NCBI GenBank assembly: GCA_016937695.1
Contig: JAFGWC010000048.1
Location: forward strand, 61,777 to 125,776
Direction: 5' to 3'
DNA: 64,000 nt
DNA from: Bacteroidales bacterium
Lineage (GTDB): Bacteria > Bacteroidota > Bacteroidia > Bacteroidales > NBLH01
Shown: in pieces, positions 37,116 through 46,495 of the stretch
Numbering within the stretch: the first letter of the stretch is position 1
How the letters are laid out: every line of letters begins with the position of its first letter
Position numbers and translations under genes: made by a program
Notes under the pieces: generated by a model
What the model saw: only the letters and a program-made list of their open reading frames with translations
What the model was told of the DNA's origin: nothing
Database searches by the model: none

Positions 37116-37952
37116 ATGAATATTGAAGAAAACATAAAATTAGCCGCAGAAGCAATAAAAAATTCTGATGCGCTTTTAATTACAGCTGGTGCAGGAATTG
37201 GTGTTGATTCGGGTTTGCCCGATTTTAGAGGGAATAGTGGTTTTTGGCGTGAATATCCCGCAATAGCCAAATTAGGAAAATCTTTTAGCGAAATGGCTAA
37301 TCCTGTTTGGTTCGAAAAAGACCCAAAAGTTGCTTGGGCTTTTTACGGTCATCGTTTAAATCTTTACAGAAAAATAAATCCACATTCAGGTTTTGATATT
37401 TTATTAAATGAGGCCAAACAAAAGAAATACGGATATTTTGTTTTTACGTCAAACGTTGACGGACAATTTCAAAAAGCAGGTTTCGATAACGATAAGATTG
37501 ACGAATGCCATGGTTCTATTCATCATTTACAATGCAGTAAACCTTGCAGCCACAAAATTTGGAGCACAAAAGATATTGATATTGAGGTAGATATGAATGT
37601 TTTTGAAGCTTTAGAGCCTTTTCCTTTATGTCCGGAATGTGGAAGTATTGCAAGGCCAAATATTTTAATGTTTGGCGATTGGGCTTGGCTTTCGGACAGA
37701 AATAATGAACAAAGTTCAAGATTTAATAAATGGGTTTATAACTTAAAAAACAATAATGCTAAAATTGCAATAATTGAAATGGGGGCAGGTCATGCAATTC
37801 CAACTGTCAGAATGCACTCACAACATACTTTTAGAAACTTGAGTGCTAATTTGATAAGAATAAATCCAAGAGATTACGATGTACCGCAAGGCGGAATTAG
37901 TATTCCACTTGAAAGTAAAGAAGGAATTGAAAGGATTTTTGAAATGATTTAA
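37116..37952 (+). CDS. SIR2-family NAD-dependent protein deacylase
   Basis: 278 aa. Contains ITAGAGIGVDSGLPDFRG, TSNVDG, HG, and a Zn ribbon (CSKPC...CPEC). Confidence 0.8.
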   Translation: MNIEENIKLAAEAIKNSDALLITAGAGIGVDSGLPDFRGNSGFWREYPAIAKLGKSFSEMANPVWFEKDPKVAWAFYGHRLNLYRKINPHSGFDILLNEAKQKKYGYFVFTSNVDGQFQKAGFDNDKIDECHGSIHHLQCSKPCSHKIWSTKDIDIEVDMNVFEALEPFPLCPECGSIARPNILMFGDWAWLSDRNNEQSSRFNKWVYNLKNNNAKIAIIEMGAGHAIPTVRMHSQHTFRNLSANLIRINPRDYDVPQGGISIPLESKEGIERIFEMI

Positions 37953-37978
37953 AGTTAATTTGAGAAATAAATAAAATT

Positions 37979-38042
37979 ATCGCAAATATTGCAAGTGTTT
38001 AATATTCAGCATTTTATCTTGCAATATTTGCGATTTTTTTTT
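37979..38042 (+). terminator. long-stem hairpin terminator
   Basis: Perfect 17-bp stem ATCGCAAATATTGCAAG / CTTGCAATATTTGCGAT with a 22-nt loop, followed by T9. Confidence 0.7.
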
Positions 38043-38058
38043 CTAAAAATAAATAAAA

Positions 38059-38538
38059 CTACTGAGCTTCAGCATTTTTATCACCAAAATCTTTATATTT
38101 TTCATTTAACTCTTCCATTCTTTTTTTGAAGTTTTCGTGAACCGTTTCAAGTGCAGTTTTTTCTTCTTCAGTCATTCCCGATTCTAATTTTGCAGCTTCT
38201 GCTTCCATTAATGCCATTTTTGTTGTAAACTCACCCATATTTGACATAAACTGAACTCCAATTTTTGCTAAGTTTATTTTATCCATTACGCCAAGGTCTT
38301 CTTCTTTTTTCCCTACATAAGGTTCTGCATCTATGGCAAGTTCTTCAAATGTTTCCGACATTTGATTTACTAAATCTGTTCCTTTAACAATAAGGTCTTC
38401 CGCTTGTTTATTTCCTTTTAAAACATCAGGAATTTCAGCTGTTAGAGGTGGGAGCATATTACTTTTTTTTTCTTCTTCTTTAGATGAACACGAAAATAAC
38501 AATATTGTAATTGCAGAAAATAATAATAATTGTTTCAT
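38059..38538 (-). CDS. hypothetical lipoprotein (helical, Glu/Lys-rich)
   Basis: 159 aa. Signal peptide with LFSC lipobox. Confidence 0.6.
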   Translation of the reverse strand: MKQLLLFSAITILLFSCSSKEEEKKSNMLPPLTAEIPDVLKGNKQAEDLIVKGTDLVNQMSETFEELAIDAEPYVGKKEEDLGVMDKINLAKIGVQFMSNMGEFTTKMALMEAEAAKLESGMTEEEKTALETVHENFKKRMEELNEKYKDFGDKNAEAQ

Positions 38539-38799
38539 TTTTAATATTTTAAGATTTATAAAAATTTGAATTTCTAAATTAAAAATTAATTAATTAAAAC
38601 AATTTTTAATTTGACAGTTTTTAGAATATTATTGATGCTTTTTAAATTAAACTTGATGATAAACAAAAAAGCGTAAATAAATTCACACTTTATAATTATA
38701 AAAGAAATAAAACAAAATCGTTATTCTGCTTTCATAGCTTTTTCAAGTTTTTTTTGAATTTCTTCCATCCTTTTATTAAAACCCTCATCTTCAGCACAA

Positions 38800-39281
38800 T
38801 CACGAAGGCTTATCCATTTCTGCGACCACTCTCCCATTTTTTGTAGCAACAGTGCCACCATGTGCTCTTTCTATTTTAAATGTTATAGTATCTGTATCGT
38901 TTTCCGAAAGTTTTATTAGCTGAGTTAACTCTATTTCTGTTTCAAAATCCTGCATATCTTTAGGAATAGAAGCAAATACACATAAAACATTTTTATTAAT
39001 ATCATTTCTGTATGACTTATATAAGCATCTTGGATAGTCTGAACCGCAATTCGATTCTAGTTTTATTTCTTGTCCATCAATAAGGTAGGGTAGGACATTC
39101 TTATATAGTCAGCATTAATGGATTTATCATACCTTATTGTATCTAATAAGTCATTTCCATCCTCATCTAAAAAACAAATCATGGCAGCTGTATCGACAAT
39201 ATCACCAATAATTTTCTTTTCACAACTATTAATTAATATCATTGATATTAATATAAATGTTAGAATTTTAATCTTCCTCAT
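38800..39281 (-). pseudogene. frameshifted paralog of lipoprotein 39396..39908
   Basis: ORF 39063..39281 (lipobox INSC) ends ...YIRMSYPTLLMDKK*. The -1 frame continues YLIDGQEIKLESNCGSDYPRCLYKSYRNDINKNV...TDTITFKIER..., colinear with the KYLIDGKEEDIYF...REDINRYV...TDTLIFRNER of the neighbour. The shift coincides with a tandem GGTAG-GGTAG at 39084-39093. Confidence 0.75.
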
Positions 39282-39395
39282 AATATTAATTTTTAAGGTT
39301 TAATACTAATTATATAACAGGGATGATAATAAAAAAACAAAGCGAATTTTAATAATTATTTATTCGCCATGTTTTTATTTATTTAAATCTTGTGC

Positions 39396-39908
39396 TTATT
39401 TTATTACTTCAAAAACAGGGTCTTGAGCATTATCATAATTATCATATTTTAATATACTATTATACCATATGTTTTTTGCAATAATTCCGGTACCCAATCT
39501 TTCATTTCTAAAAATTAATGTATCTGTTTCAGATGAAGATATTTTCACTAAAATATTTATATAGATTTCATTTTCAAAGTCTTTTTCACTTTCAGGAATA
39601 TAACAACATATACTTACAACATATCTATTTATATCTTCTCTGTACCTAAGTGGCCATCTTGATATTATATACCCATCAAAATAAATATCTTCTTCTTTGC
39701 CGTCAATTAAATATTTTGTTTCTATATTTTTTACATCAATATACTTTTCTAAATTAATATTAGTTGTATCTAATAAATCATTTCCTGCCTCATCCGTATA
39801 ATAAATATCTGCATGAGTTATATTACCAAGAACAGCAATTTCTTCTTCTTTATTACAATTAACAAAAAACATTGTTATTAGTAATATTAATAAATATTTT
39901 GTTTTCAT
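39396..39908 (-). CDS. hypothetical lipoprotein downstream of the C10 peptidase (candidate cognate inhibitor; speculative)
   Basis: 170 aa. Signal peptide with VNC lipobox. It lies 12 nt downstream of the protease gene on the same strand. Confidence 0.6.
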   Translation of the reverse strand: MKTKYLLILLITMFFVNCNKEEEIAVLGNITHADIYYTDEAGNDLLDTTNINLEKYIDVKNIETKYLIDGKEEDIYFDGYIISRWPLRYREDINRYVVSICCYIPESEKDFENEIYINILVKISSSETDTLIFRNERLGTGIIAKNIWYNSILKYDNYDNAQDPVFEVIK

Positions 39909-39920
39909 AATTTATATATT

Positions 39921-41156
39921 TTAAGGTTTAATGCCAATTATACAGCCAAGTTCAAGATCAAAATTATATCCTGCAACACTAAAATCCGAAAAATTAAAAT
40001 ATCCATTATTTCCTAAATAGTCTGGTAGACCCCATCCCCAATTCATATGTAAAGATAATGTTGTTCCATAATTAACCCATCCGGTTCTAAGATATCCATC
40101 GCAAACCCATGCATGTCCACCTCCAAGATTACTATCTAATCCTTTAAAAAGAACAGGTCTGCTATTTCTTAATTCTTCAACAACATCAAGATAAGCACCT
40201 CCTGCATAATCAATATAATGAGTTGTTGTTGAATATCCAAACACATTTTCTAATGCTCTTTCAATAACATACTCTGCATCATCATCAGGAATTCCCGAAG
40301 CTTCTAAACTATAGTTCATACCAACAGATTCTCCAATATCTCGCATTAAATCAGCCGTTTCTGTAGTTGCAACAGTATTATACATAGCCGCCCAATTATA
40401 ATTTACAGGGTAATTGTGATATTTCATTATCTGCCCCATAGCTACAGCAACGCATCCAGCAGGCGGTAATTGACCGTCGATAGGTGTTAATGATGCATTA
40501 TAGCCATTTCTTTGCGCCCATTCAGTTTCCATTAAAGGACCTTTTTCTTCATATATAAATTTATTTATATAATCATCAACATCGTTATAATCATCAAAAT
40601 CCCACTCAATATTTCCATCTTCATCTGTACTTGGAGTATCATCATCTGGGATTGGTATTAAGCAAATCATGTTTTCAAACTCTTCCCATAATAATTTTAT
40701 ATACTCGGGCATTTCAATATCGCCATTTCTAATTTCTGTAATAATATTTTGGTTGTCGTCCATCCATGCCTGTAAACCATTATTTATATTATCCATACTA
40801 AAATTTCCTGTTTCTGAAAATGCAAGAATAGGTATTTGCCTTGTATCAGCTGATATTATAACAAATCCTTTATTGCCCTTGTAATTAATAACGTAAAAAC
40901 TTACTTCATTATTCTGGCTAACGTGTATAATCTCTTTCACTTTCCTGTTGGTACTTTTTGTTGTTTTTAATCTTTTAAGACTCATTGCATTTTTTAAGTC
41001 AATAGCTGATGCAATACTGACTGCTGCATCTATTGATACAAAATACATACTGTTATTATCAGGCAAAACATTATCTTCTGATTTTTGGCAGGAGAATAAA
41101 AAAACAAAGGCTAATAAATATAAGCCTTTTTTCAATGTAAATTTTAAAATTTCCAT
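39921..41156 (-). CDS. C10-family cysteine peptidase (streptopain-like) with N-terminal Spi-type pro-region
   Basis: 411 aa. Lipobox FSC. Catalytic-Cys context PPAGCVAVAMGQIM and His context GGGHAWVCDGY. Confidence 0.8.
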   Translation of the reverse strand: MEILKFTLKKGLYLLAFVFLFSCQKSEDNVLPDNNSMYFVSIDAAVSIASAIDLKNAMSLKRLKTTKSTNRKVKEIIHVSQNNEVSFYVINYKGNKGFVIISADTRQIPILAFSETGNFSMDNINNGLQAWMDDNQNIITEIRNGDIEMPEYIKLLWEEFENMICLIPIPDDDTPSTDEDGNIEWDFDDYNDVDDYINKFIYEEKGPLMETEWAQRNGYNASLTPIDGQLPPAGCVAVAMGQIMKYHNYPVNYNWAAMYNTVATTETADLMRDIGESVGMNYSLEASGIPDDDAEYVIERALENVFGYSTTTHYIDYAGGAYLDVVEELRNSRPVLFKGLDSNLGGGHAWVCDGYLRTGWVNYGTTLSLHMNWGWGLPDYLGNNGYFNFSDFSVAGYNFDLELGCIIGIKP

Positions 41157-41433
41157 AAAGATTGATTTTTAGTTTATAATGATTTTAATTAAAAAGTCAA
41201 TAATAATAATAATAACATACATATGCAAGGTCAAAGCATGTGTTAAGAAACATACACATAAGGGGTTATTACTTAAAATCCAATAACTAAGCTAAACTCA
41301 AATTTAATTTAATGAAGAGAAATATTTATAAAATGGAATAATAGCTATATTAAATCATTTACATCTATTATAAATTCCAAATAACGCTTTTTTTTATAAT
41401 ACATTAATTTGAGTCTAATTTTTTAGAATTATC

Positions 41434-41551
41434 GAATCCAAAGGATTCAAATATTTATAGAAAATGATTATGTGGTAGAAAATACGACTTCGATGGAGTC
41501 GCACAAATTACATTGCATATATTCTATAAGCCTGCAATTCCTTCGAAATTG
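41434..41551. repeat. three short GC-containing hairpins, each followed by an ATATT(T/C)TATA(G/A)-like tail
   Basis: Hairpins are GAATCC-aaa-GGATTC (41434-41448), CGACT-tcgatgg-AGTCG (41485-41501) and CAATT-ccttcga-AATTG (41535-41551). Tails are ATATTTATAGAAAA (after hairpin 1) and ATATTCTATAAG (after hairpin 2). Confidence 0.4.
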
Positions 41552-41645
41552 TAATAAGGTAACAAATTTTATTAGTTATCTCAACAGCATGAAATAAAAT
41601 CACACAAGCTATTTAAGGAGATGTATTTATTTTATTATTTTGTAA

Positions 41646-42770
41646 TTAAATTTTAATTCCAAGTACCATTATATCATCAACTTGTTTTAAATCGCCGCGC
41701 CAGCTCAAAATATTTTCATGAAGTTTTCTTCTTTGCACTTCTAATGAGTCTTTTGCAATATCTTCAATCAGTTTTTTAAAATTTGCAGACAAAAATTTTC
41801 TGCCTTTATCACCACCAAATTGATCTGCATATCCGTCTGAAAACATATATATTATATCTCCTTCGTCTAATTCAACTTTTTTATTAGTATATGAAAAACT
41901 TTCAAAATCTGACATGCTTATCGGAAAAATATCGCCTCTAAGCTGCAAAAGTTCTATCTCTTTATCATTATCAGAATTTTTAACAATATAAATTGGAAGT
42001 AATGCGCCGGCAAAACACATTGTTTTTTCATTTTTATCGATAACACAGATCGAAATATCCATTCCGTCATATGTTTCGGTATCATTTTCAGAATTAATTA
42101 TAGAACTTATCAATTTTTCTCTTAATTCATTTAAAATTTTTGCCGGTTTAAGTTCATATTTTTCTTTTTCTGAGTTTTTAACTATTTCGTTTAAAAAAGA
42201 AATACCAAGCAAACTAACAAAAGCACCCGGAACTCCATGTCCGGTACAGTCTGCAGCGGCAACCACAATTTTATCCTCAACTTCGTTTAACCAATAAAAA
42301 TCACCACTAACAATATCTCTTGGCTTATAATAAATAAAATGATCGCTTAATAATCGCTCCATTTTTTTATTTGATGGCAAAAGAGCATTTTGAATTTTAC
42401 TAGCATAGCTTAAACTATCTCTAATACTTTGGTTTTGATATTCAATTTTTTCTTTTTGCTCATGTAAAATTCTGTTTTTCTCAAGTATTTCACTTTTTTG
42501 TTTTTCAATTAATTCTAGCTGAGCTTGTGTAAATTTCAACCACAAAAACTGAGCTTCAATAATTATTAAAATTGTACTCGCTAAACTAAAATATTTAGCA
42601 TATTTAGCATGAAAATTATAAGAATCGTTTCCGGCATGTATTTTAAAATCGTAGGAAAATAAAAAAACTGTTAATAGCATAAAAAACGAAAAAAATATAA
42701 TCTCAAATATTAAAATTTGCTTTTTTGTAAGACTAAAAACACCCCAAACTTCAATTTTTAATTCGTCCAT
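41646..42770 (-). CDS. membrane-anchored PP2C-type (SpoIIE-family) serine phosphatase
   Basis: 374 aa. It has 3 N-terminal TM helices, a coiled coil, then SGDFYW and AADCTGHGVPGAF motifs. Confidence 0.8.
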   Translation of the reverse strand: MDELKIEVWGVFSLTKKQILIFEIIFFSFFMLLTVFLFSYDFKIHAGNDSYNFHAKYAKYFSLASTILIIIEAQFLWLKFTQAQLELIEKQKSEILEKNRILHEQKEKIEYQNQSIRDSLSYASKIQNALLPSNKKMERLLSDHFIYYKPRDIVSGDFYWLNEVEDKIVVAAADCTGHGVPGAFVSLLGISFLNEIVKNSEKEKYELKPAKILNELREKLISSIINSENDTETYDGMDISICVIDKNEKTMCFAGALLPIYIVKNSDNDKEIELLQLRGDIFPISMSDFESFSYTNKKVELDEGDIIYMFSDGYADQFGGDKGRKFLSANFKKLIEDIAKDSLEVQRRKLHENILSWRGDLKQVDDIMVLGIKI

Positions 42771-42977
42771 AGTATATTCTCGGAAATTGTGAATAATTTT
42801 TGATTTGAAATTATATAGATTTTAGTAAAATATTATTTTTTATTATTTGATTAAATTAACTAAATTTGCTTTATCTCAAATGCTAAGTTAATTAAAAAAG
42901 GGCTATCATTCAAAATTATTCAATTTTTAATATTTAATATTAAACCTGTTAAATTATCTGTAAAAACAAATATCCAA

Positions 42978-43871
42978 ATGACAGAAAAAAAGAAAAGTAA
43001 AAAAATAATTATAGGCAGATTAGCTTTAGGCATAATTCCGCTGTTGTTTATTGTTTATTTAGTAATTGGTCCGGTTTTTCAAATAATTAAGCAAGATATT
43101 TTAGCAGAAAACATGTATATTATTTCAGATTTTGTAAATGTTAGAGCTAAAGCTGATACAAAATCTTTAAAAATGGGAAAAATTGATTTTGGAACAGAAG
43201 TTTTAGTTTATAATATTAAAAATGAATGGGCAGAAGTACTGATTGACGGACAAAAAGGATATATTCACCAAGATTTTATTGGAAATGCAAACACATATTA
43301 CAAGCTTGACGGACTATTTGGTGATAATTTGTCGGCAAGAAAATTATCAAAATTAAATTACAAACTTGCAATAATAAGATACTTAGATTCAGCAGGTTAC
43401 ATTTCGAATATAAAAGATGGATACAAAAAAGAATTTTCGGATGAAGATTTAAATAAAGAAAAATTACAAATTTTTAGTCCTAAATATGGTTCAAGATATA
43501 ATTCTGTTGATTTTGCAGATTTTAACGGAGATTTTTCAATAGACATTGCTATTGTTTTTAAAAACATAAACACAGGCAAAAATCACCTTGTTATTTTAGG
43601 TTTTGATAAACACGACCCTTTAAATAAAAGTAAAGAAATTTACTCGATGGATTTAATGGAAGATTGGTATTTTATCAGAACCATAAAAAAAAGGAATAAA
43701 AAATATTTGACTAATAAAGAAGGTTTAATAGAAAAACAAAGAATTCCTATTGATGCAATTGAAATAGGCACAAACAGGAATAAAGAATTAAACGACACAG
43801 AATATTTGCTAATTTATAATGGTGAAAAATTTGAACTTATTGACCAAACTCCGCCTGAAAATGAAAAGTAA
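42978..43871 (+). CDS. membrane-anchored SH3b-domain protein, otherwise hypothetical
   Basis: 297 aa. N-terminal TM, then VNVRAKADTKS..MGKIDFGTEV.V......WAEVLIDGQKGYIHQDFI (bacterial SH3 pattern). Confidence 0.5.
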   Translation: MTEKKKSKKIIIGRLALGIIPLLFIVYLVIGPVFQIIKQDILAENMYIISDFVNVRAKADTKSLKMGKIDFGTEVLVYNIKNEWAEVLIDGQKGYIHQDFIGNANTYYKLDGLFGDNLSARKLSKLNYKLAIIRYLDSAGYISNIKDGYKKEFSDEDLNKEKLQIFSPKYGSRYNSVDFADFNGDFSIDIAIVFKNINTGKNHLVILGFDKHDPLNKSKEIYSMDLMEDWYFIRTIKKRNKKYLTNKEGLIEKQRIPIDAIEIGTNRNKELNDTEYLLIYNGEKFELIDQTPPENEK

Positions 43872-43895
43872 TTTAATTATTTGGCATTAAAACAC

Positions 43896-44603
43896 ATGCA
43901 AATAAGCGCAAAAAAACTTTTTTTTGATTTTTATAATCTTCTTGTTCCAAGAAAATGCTTAAACTGTGGTAAAAATTTAAACTTAAAAGAAAATCAAATT
44001 TGTTTAGATTGCATTTATAATATACCTAAAACAAACTATTTAGATTTTATTGATAATCCAGCAAATCAAATTTTTTGGGGCAGAATTAATATCAATTTTG
44101 CAAGCGCATTATATTTTTTTACAAAAAACTCTGCATTACAAGATTTAATTCATCAAATAAAATATAGTGGAAAAAAAGAATTAGCATATGAGCTTGGAAA
44201 ACAAATTGCTTTTGGAATAAAAAAATCGGAATTTTACAGCAATTTAGATTTTATCTTTCCTGTACCTTTACATCCAAAAAAGTTTAAAAAAAGAGGCTAT
44301 AATCAAAGCGAATGGATTGCTAAAGGAATATCAGAAATTCTTAAAATACCGCTAGAAACAAGTATTTTAATTAAAACAAAAAACACAAAATCGCAAACAA
44401 ATAAAAACAGATTAGAGCGATTAGAAAACGTTAGTTCTGTTTTTTCATTAAGTGCTGAATATCTAAGCTTTAAATCAAAACACATTTTAGTTGTTGATGA
44501 TGTTTTAACAACAGGAGCAACAATTGAAGCTTGCTGTATTGAGCTTTTAAAAATTCCTGAATCAAAAATAAGCGTTATAACTTTGGCTATTGCCGGAAAT
44601 TAA
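43896..44603 (+). CDS. ComF-family phosphoribosyltransferase-like protein
   Basis: N-terminal CLNCG...CLDC zinc finger and a C-terminal PRTase motif ILVVDDVLTTGATIE. The ATG at 43896 is preferred over the TTG at 43881. Confidence 0.8.
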   Translation: MQISAKKLFFDFYNLLVPRKCLNCGKNLNLKENQICLDCIYNIPKTNYLDFIDNPANQIFWGRININFASALYFFTKNSALQDLIHQIKYSGKKELAYELGKQIAFGIKKSEFYSNLDFIFPVPLHPKKFKKRGYNQSEWIAKGISEILKIPLETSILIKTKNTKSQTNKNRLERLENVSSVFSLSAEYLSFKSKHILVVDDVLTTGATIEACCIELLKIPESKISVITLAIAGN

Positions 44604-44685
44604 TGTTTTTTAAGAAAAACATTTCTTATTTAGAATGATTATTAATTATATTTGTATCAAAAAAATTCACATAAATTATTAATTC

Positions 44686-46485
44686 GTGGAAAATTCAGAT
44701 TTACAAAATATAAACGGAAAATTTCTTTATTATGCTTTTATTGCCGGTAGCGTAGAAATTCTTGAAAATCAATCAGATATAAATAAAATAAATGTTTTTC
44801 CAGTAAATGATAAAGATACTGGAACAAACTTGGCTTCCACAGTTCGTTCAGTAATTGACAATATTAAACCGCACAAATCATATCAAAAAACAGTAAACGA
44901 TATTGCTGATGCTGCTCTAATTGGTGCAAGAGGAAATTCGGGAGTTATTTTTGCTCAGTTTTTATATGGATTAAGCAGAGAAACGGTAAACAAACAAGTT
45001 ATAAATCTTTCAGAGTTTGCTGAAAGTGTAAAAAAATCAATTCCATATATTTACGAAGCAATTGCAAATCCAATAGAAGGAACAATGCTTACTGTTATTA
45101 ACGATTGGTCTAATTTTCTTAGCAGTAAAAAAGAAGCAATTAACGATTTTAAAAATGTAATTATCGATTCATTTGAAATTCTTGAAAAATCTTTAGAAGA
45201 AACAACCAGCAAACTAAAAATATTAAATAAAACAGGACTCGTTGATGCAGGTGCAAAAGGCTTTGTATTATTTATCAAAGGTATTATTGATTTCATTAAA
45301 AATAGAAATATTCGAAATTTAGTAGTAGACTCAAATGAAACTATTTCACTCATTCACTCAGAAGAGATGAAAGACGAAGAAATTACTTACAGATTTTGTA
45401 CCGAAGCTATTCTCAAAAATATAAATATCAATAAAAGCGAACTTAAAAGCATTTTGAGTCAAAGTGGTGATTCTGTGGTAGTTGCAGGTTCTGAGAATAT
45501 TTGCAGAATACATGTACACACAAATAATCCGGCAGAATTATTTCATAAATTAAAAGAAAACGGAACAATTACATATCAAAAAGTTGATGATATGATTCGC
45601 CAAAATGAAATTGTAACAAACCGAAAATGGAATATCGCTCTTGTAACTGATTCTACTTGCGATTTATCTCAAGAACTTATTGATTATCATCAAATTAGTG
45701 TAGTTCCAATAAACTTAAATTTTGGCGATAATCACTATCTCGATAAAGTAACAATTCAGCCAAATCAGTTTTATGATTTACTTGAAAGCAATGATGAATT
45801 TCCAAAAACATCACAAATTAACGAAAAAGCATTTACTAACATTTATTCGCATCTTGCTTCGCATTACGATGCAATTATAGCAATACACCTTACCGGACAA
45901 TTTAGCGGCACTTTTGCAAATAGTTTAAAAGCTGCTGAAAGAATTAAAAAAGAATTTAATAAAGATGTTTATGTTATAGACTCTAAAAATTTATCAGGAG
46001 CTCTTGGTTTGCTTGTACTTAAAACAGCTCAACGAATTGAGGCAAATATGCCTGTAAATGAAATTGTTGATTTGCTTGAAACTGATATAGATAATGCAAA
46101 AATATTTGTAAGTGTTAAAGATTTGAAATACATGATAAAAGGTGGCAGAGTTTCGAAACCAAAAGGGTTTATTGCAAAAAAGCTTGGTTTAAATCCTGTT
46201 ATTTCTATTGATGATGAAGGAAAATCAACATTATTTGGAAAAACTTTCAGCCAAAAAGCAAGTTTGAATAAAATATTTAAGCATATTGATAAAATAAGCA
46301 AAGGAAAGAAAATTTGGAATTATATAATGTTGCACGCACACAATTATGAAGGTGTAAAAAAAGCAGAAGAAAAAATGTTTGAAATAACAGGAAAAAAGCC
46401 TGTTTCAACAGTTGATATTTCACCTGTTATTGGCATGCACGCAGGAAATGGTGCTATTGCAGTTTCATTATTGTTTGATAATTAA
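44686..46485 (+). CDS. Dak2-domain / DegV-domain fusion protein (FakA-N plus FakB-like)
   Basis: 599 aa with a GTG start. The N-terminus has VFPVNDKDTGTNL and GARGNSGVIFAQ (Dak2). The C-terminal ~285 aa has IALVTDSTCDL..., SQIN and GxxG patterns of DegV fatty-acid-binding proteins. Confidence 0.75.
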   Translation: MENSDLQNINGKFLYYAFIAGSVEILENQSDINKINVFPVNDKDTGTNLASTVRSVIDNIKPHKSYQKTVNDIADAALIGARGNSGVIFAQFLYGLSRETVNKQVINLSEFAESVKKSIPYIYEAIANPIEGTMLTVINDWSNFLSSKKEAINDFKNVIIDSFEILEKSLEETTSKLKILNKTGLVDAGAKGFVLFIKGIIDFIKNRNIRNLVVDSNETISLIHSEEMKDEEITYRFCTEAILKNININKSELKSILSQSGDSVVVAGSENICRIHVHTNNPAELFHKLKENGTITYQKVDDMIRQNEIVTNRKWNIALVTDSTCDLSQELIDYHQISVVPINLNFGDNHYLDKVTIQPNQFYDLLESNDEFPKTSQINEKAFTNIYSHLASHYDAIIAIHLTGQFSGTFANSLKAAERIKKEFNKDVYVIDSKNLSGALGLLVLKTAQRIEANMPVNEIVDLLETDIDNAKIFVSVKDLKYMIKGGRVSKPKGFIAKKLGLNPVISIDDEGKSTLFGKTFSQKASLNKIFKHIDKISKGKKIWNYIMLHAHNYEGVKKAEEKMFEITGKKPVSTVDISPVIGMHAGNGAIAVSLLFDN

Positions 46486-46495
46486 CAATTTAAAT

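Noticed and set aside
37116-37952. SIR2-domain protein as a possible anti-phage defence effector (Thoeris/DSR-like)
   Set aside because: It is a compact 278-aa canonical sirtuin with GAG..S, TSNVD, HG and a Zn ribbon. It has no fused or adjacent sensor, helicase, pAgo or TIR partner. Its flanks are housekeeping genes and strong terminators.
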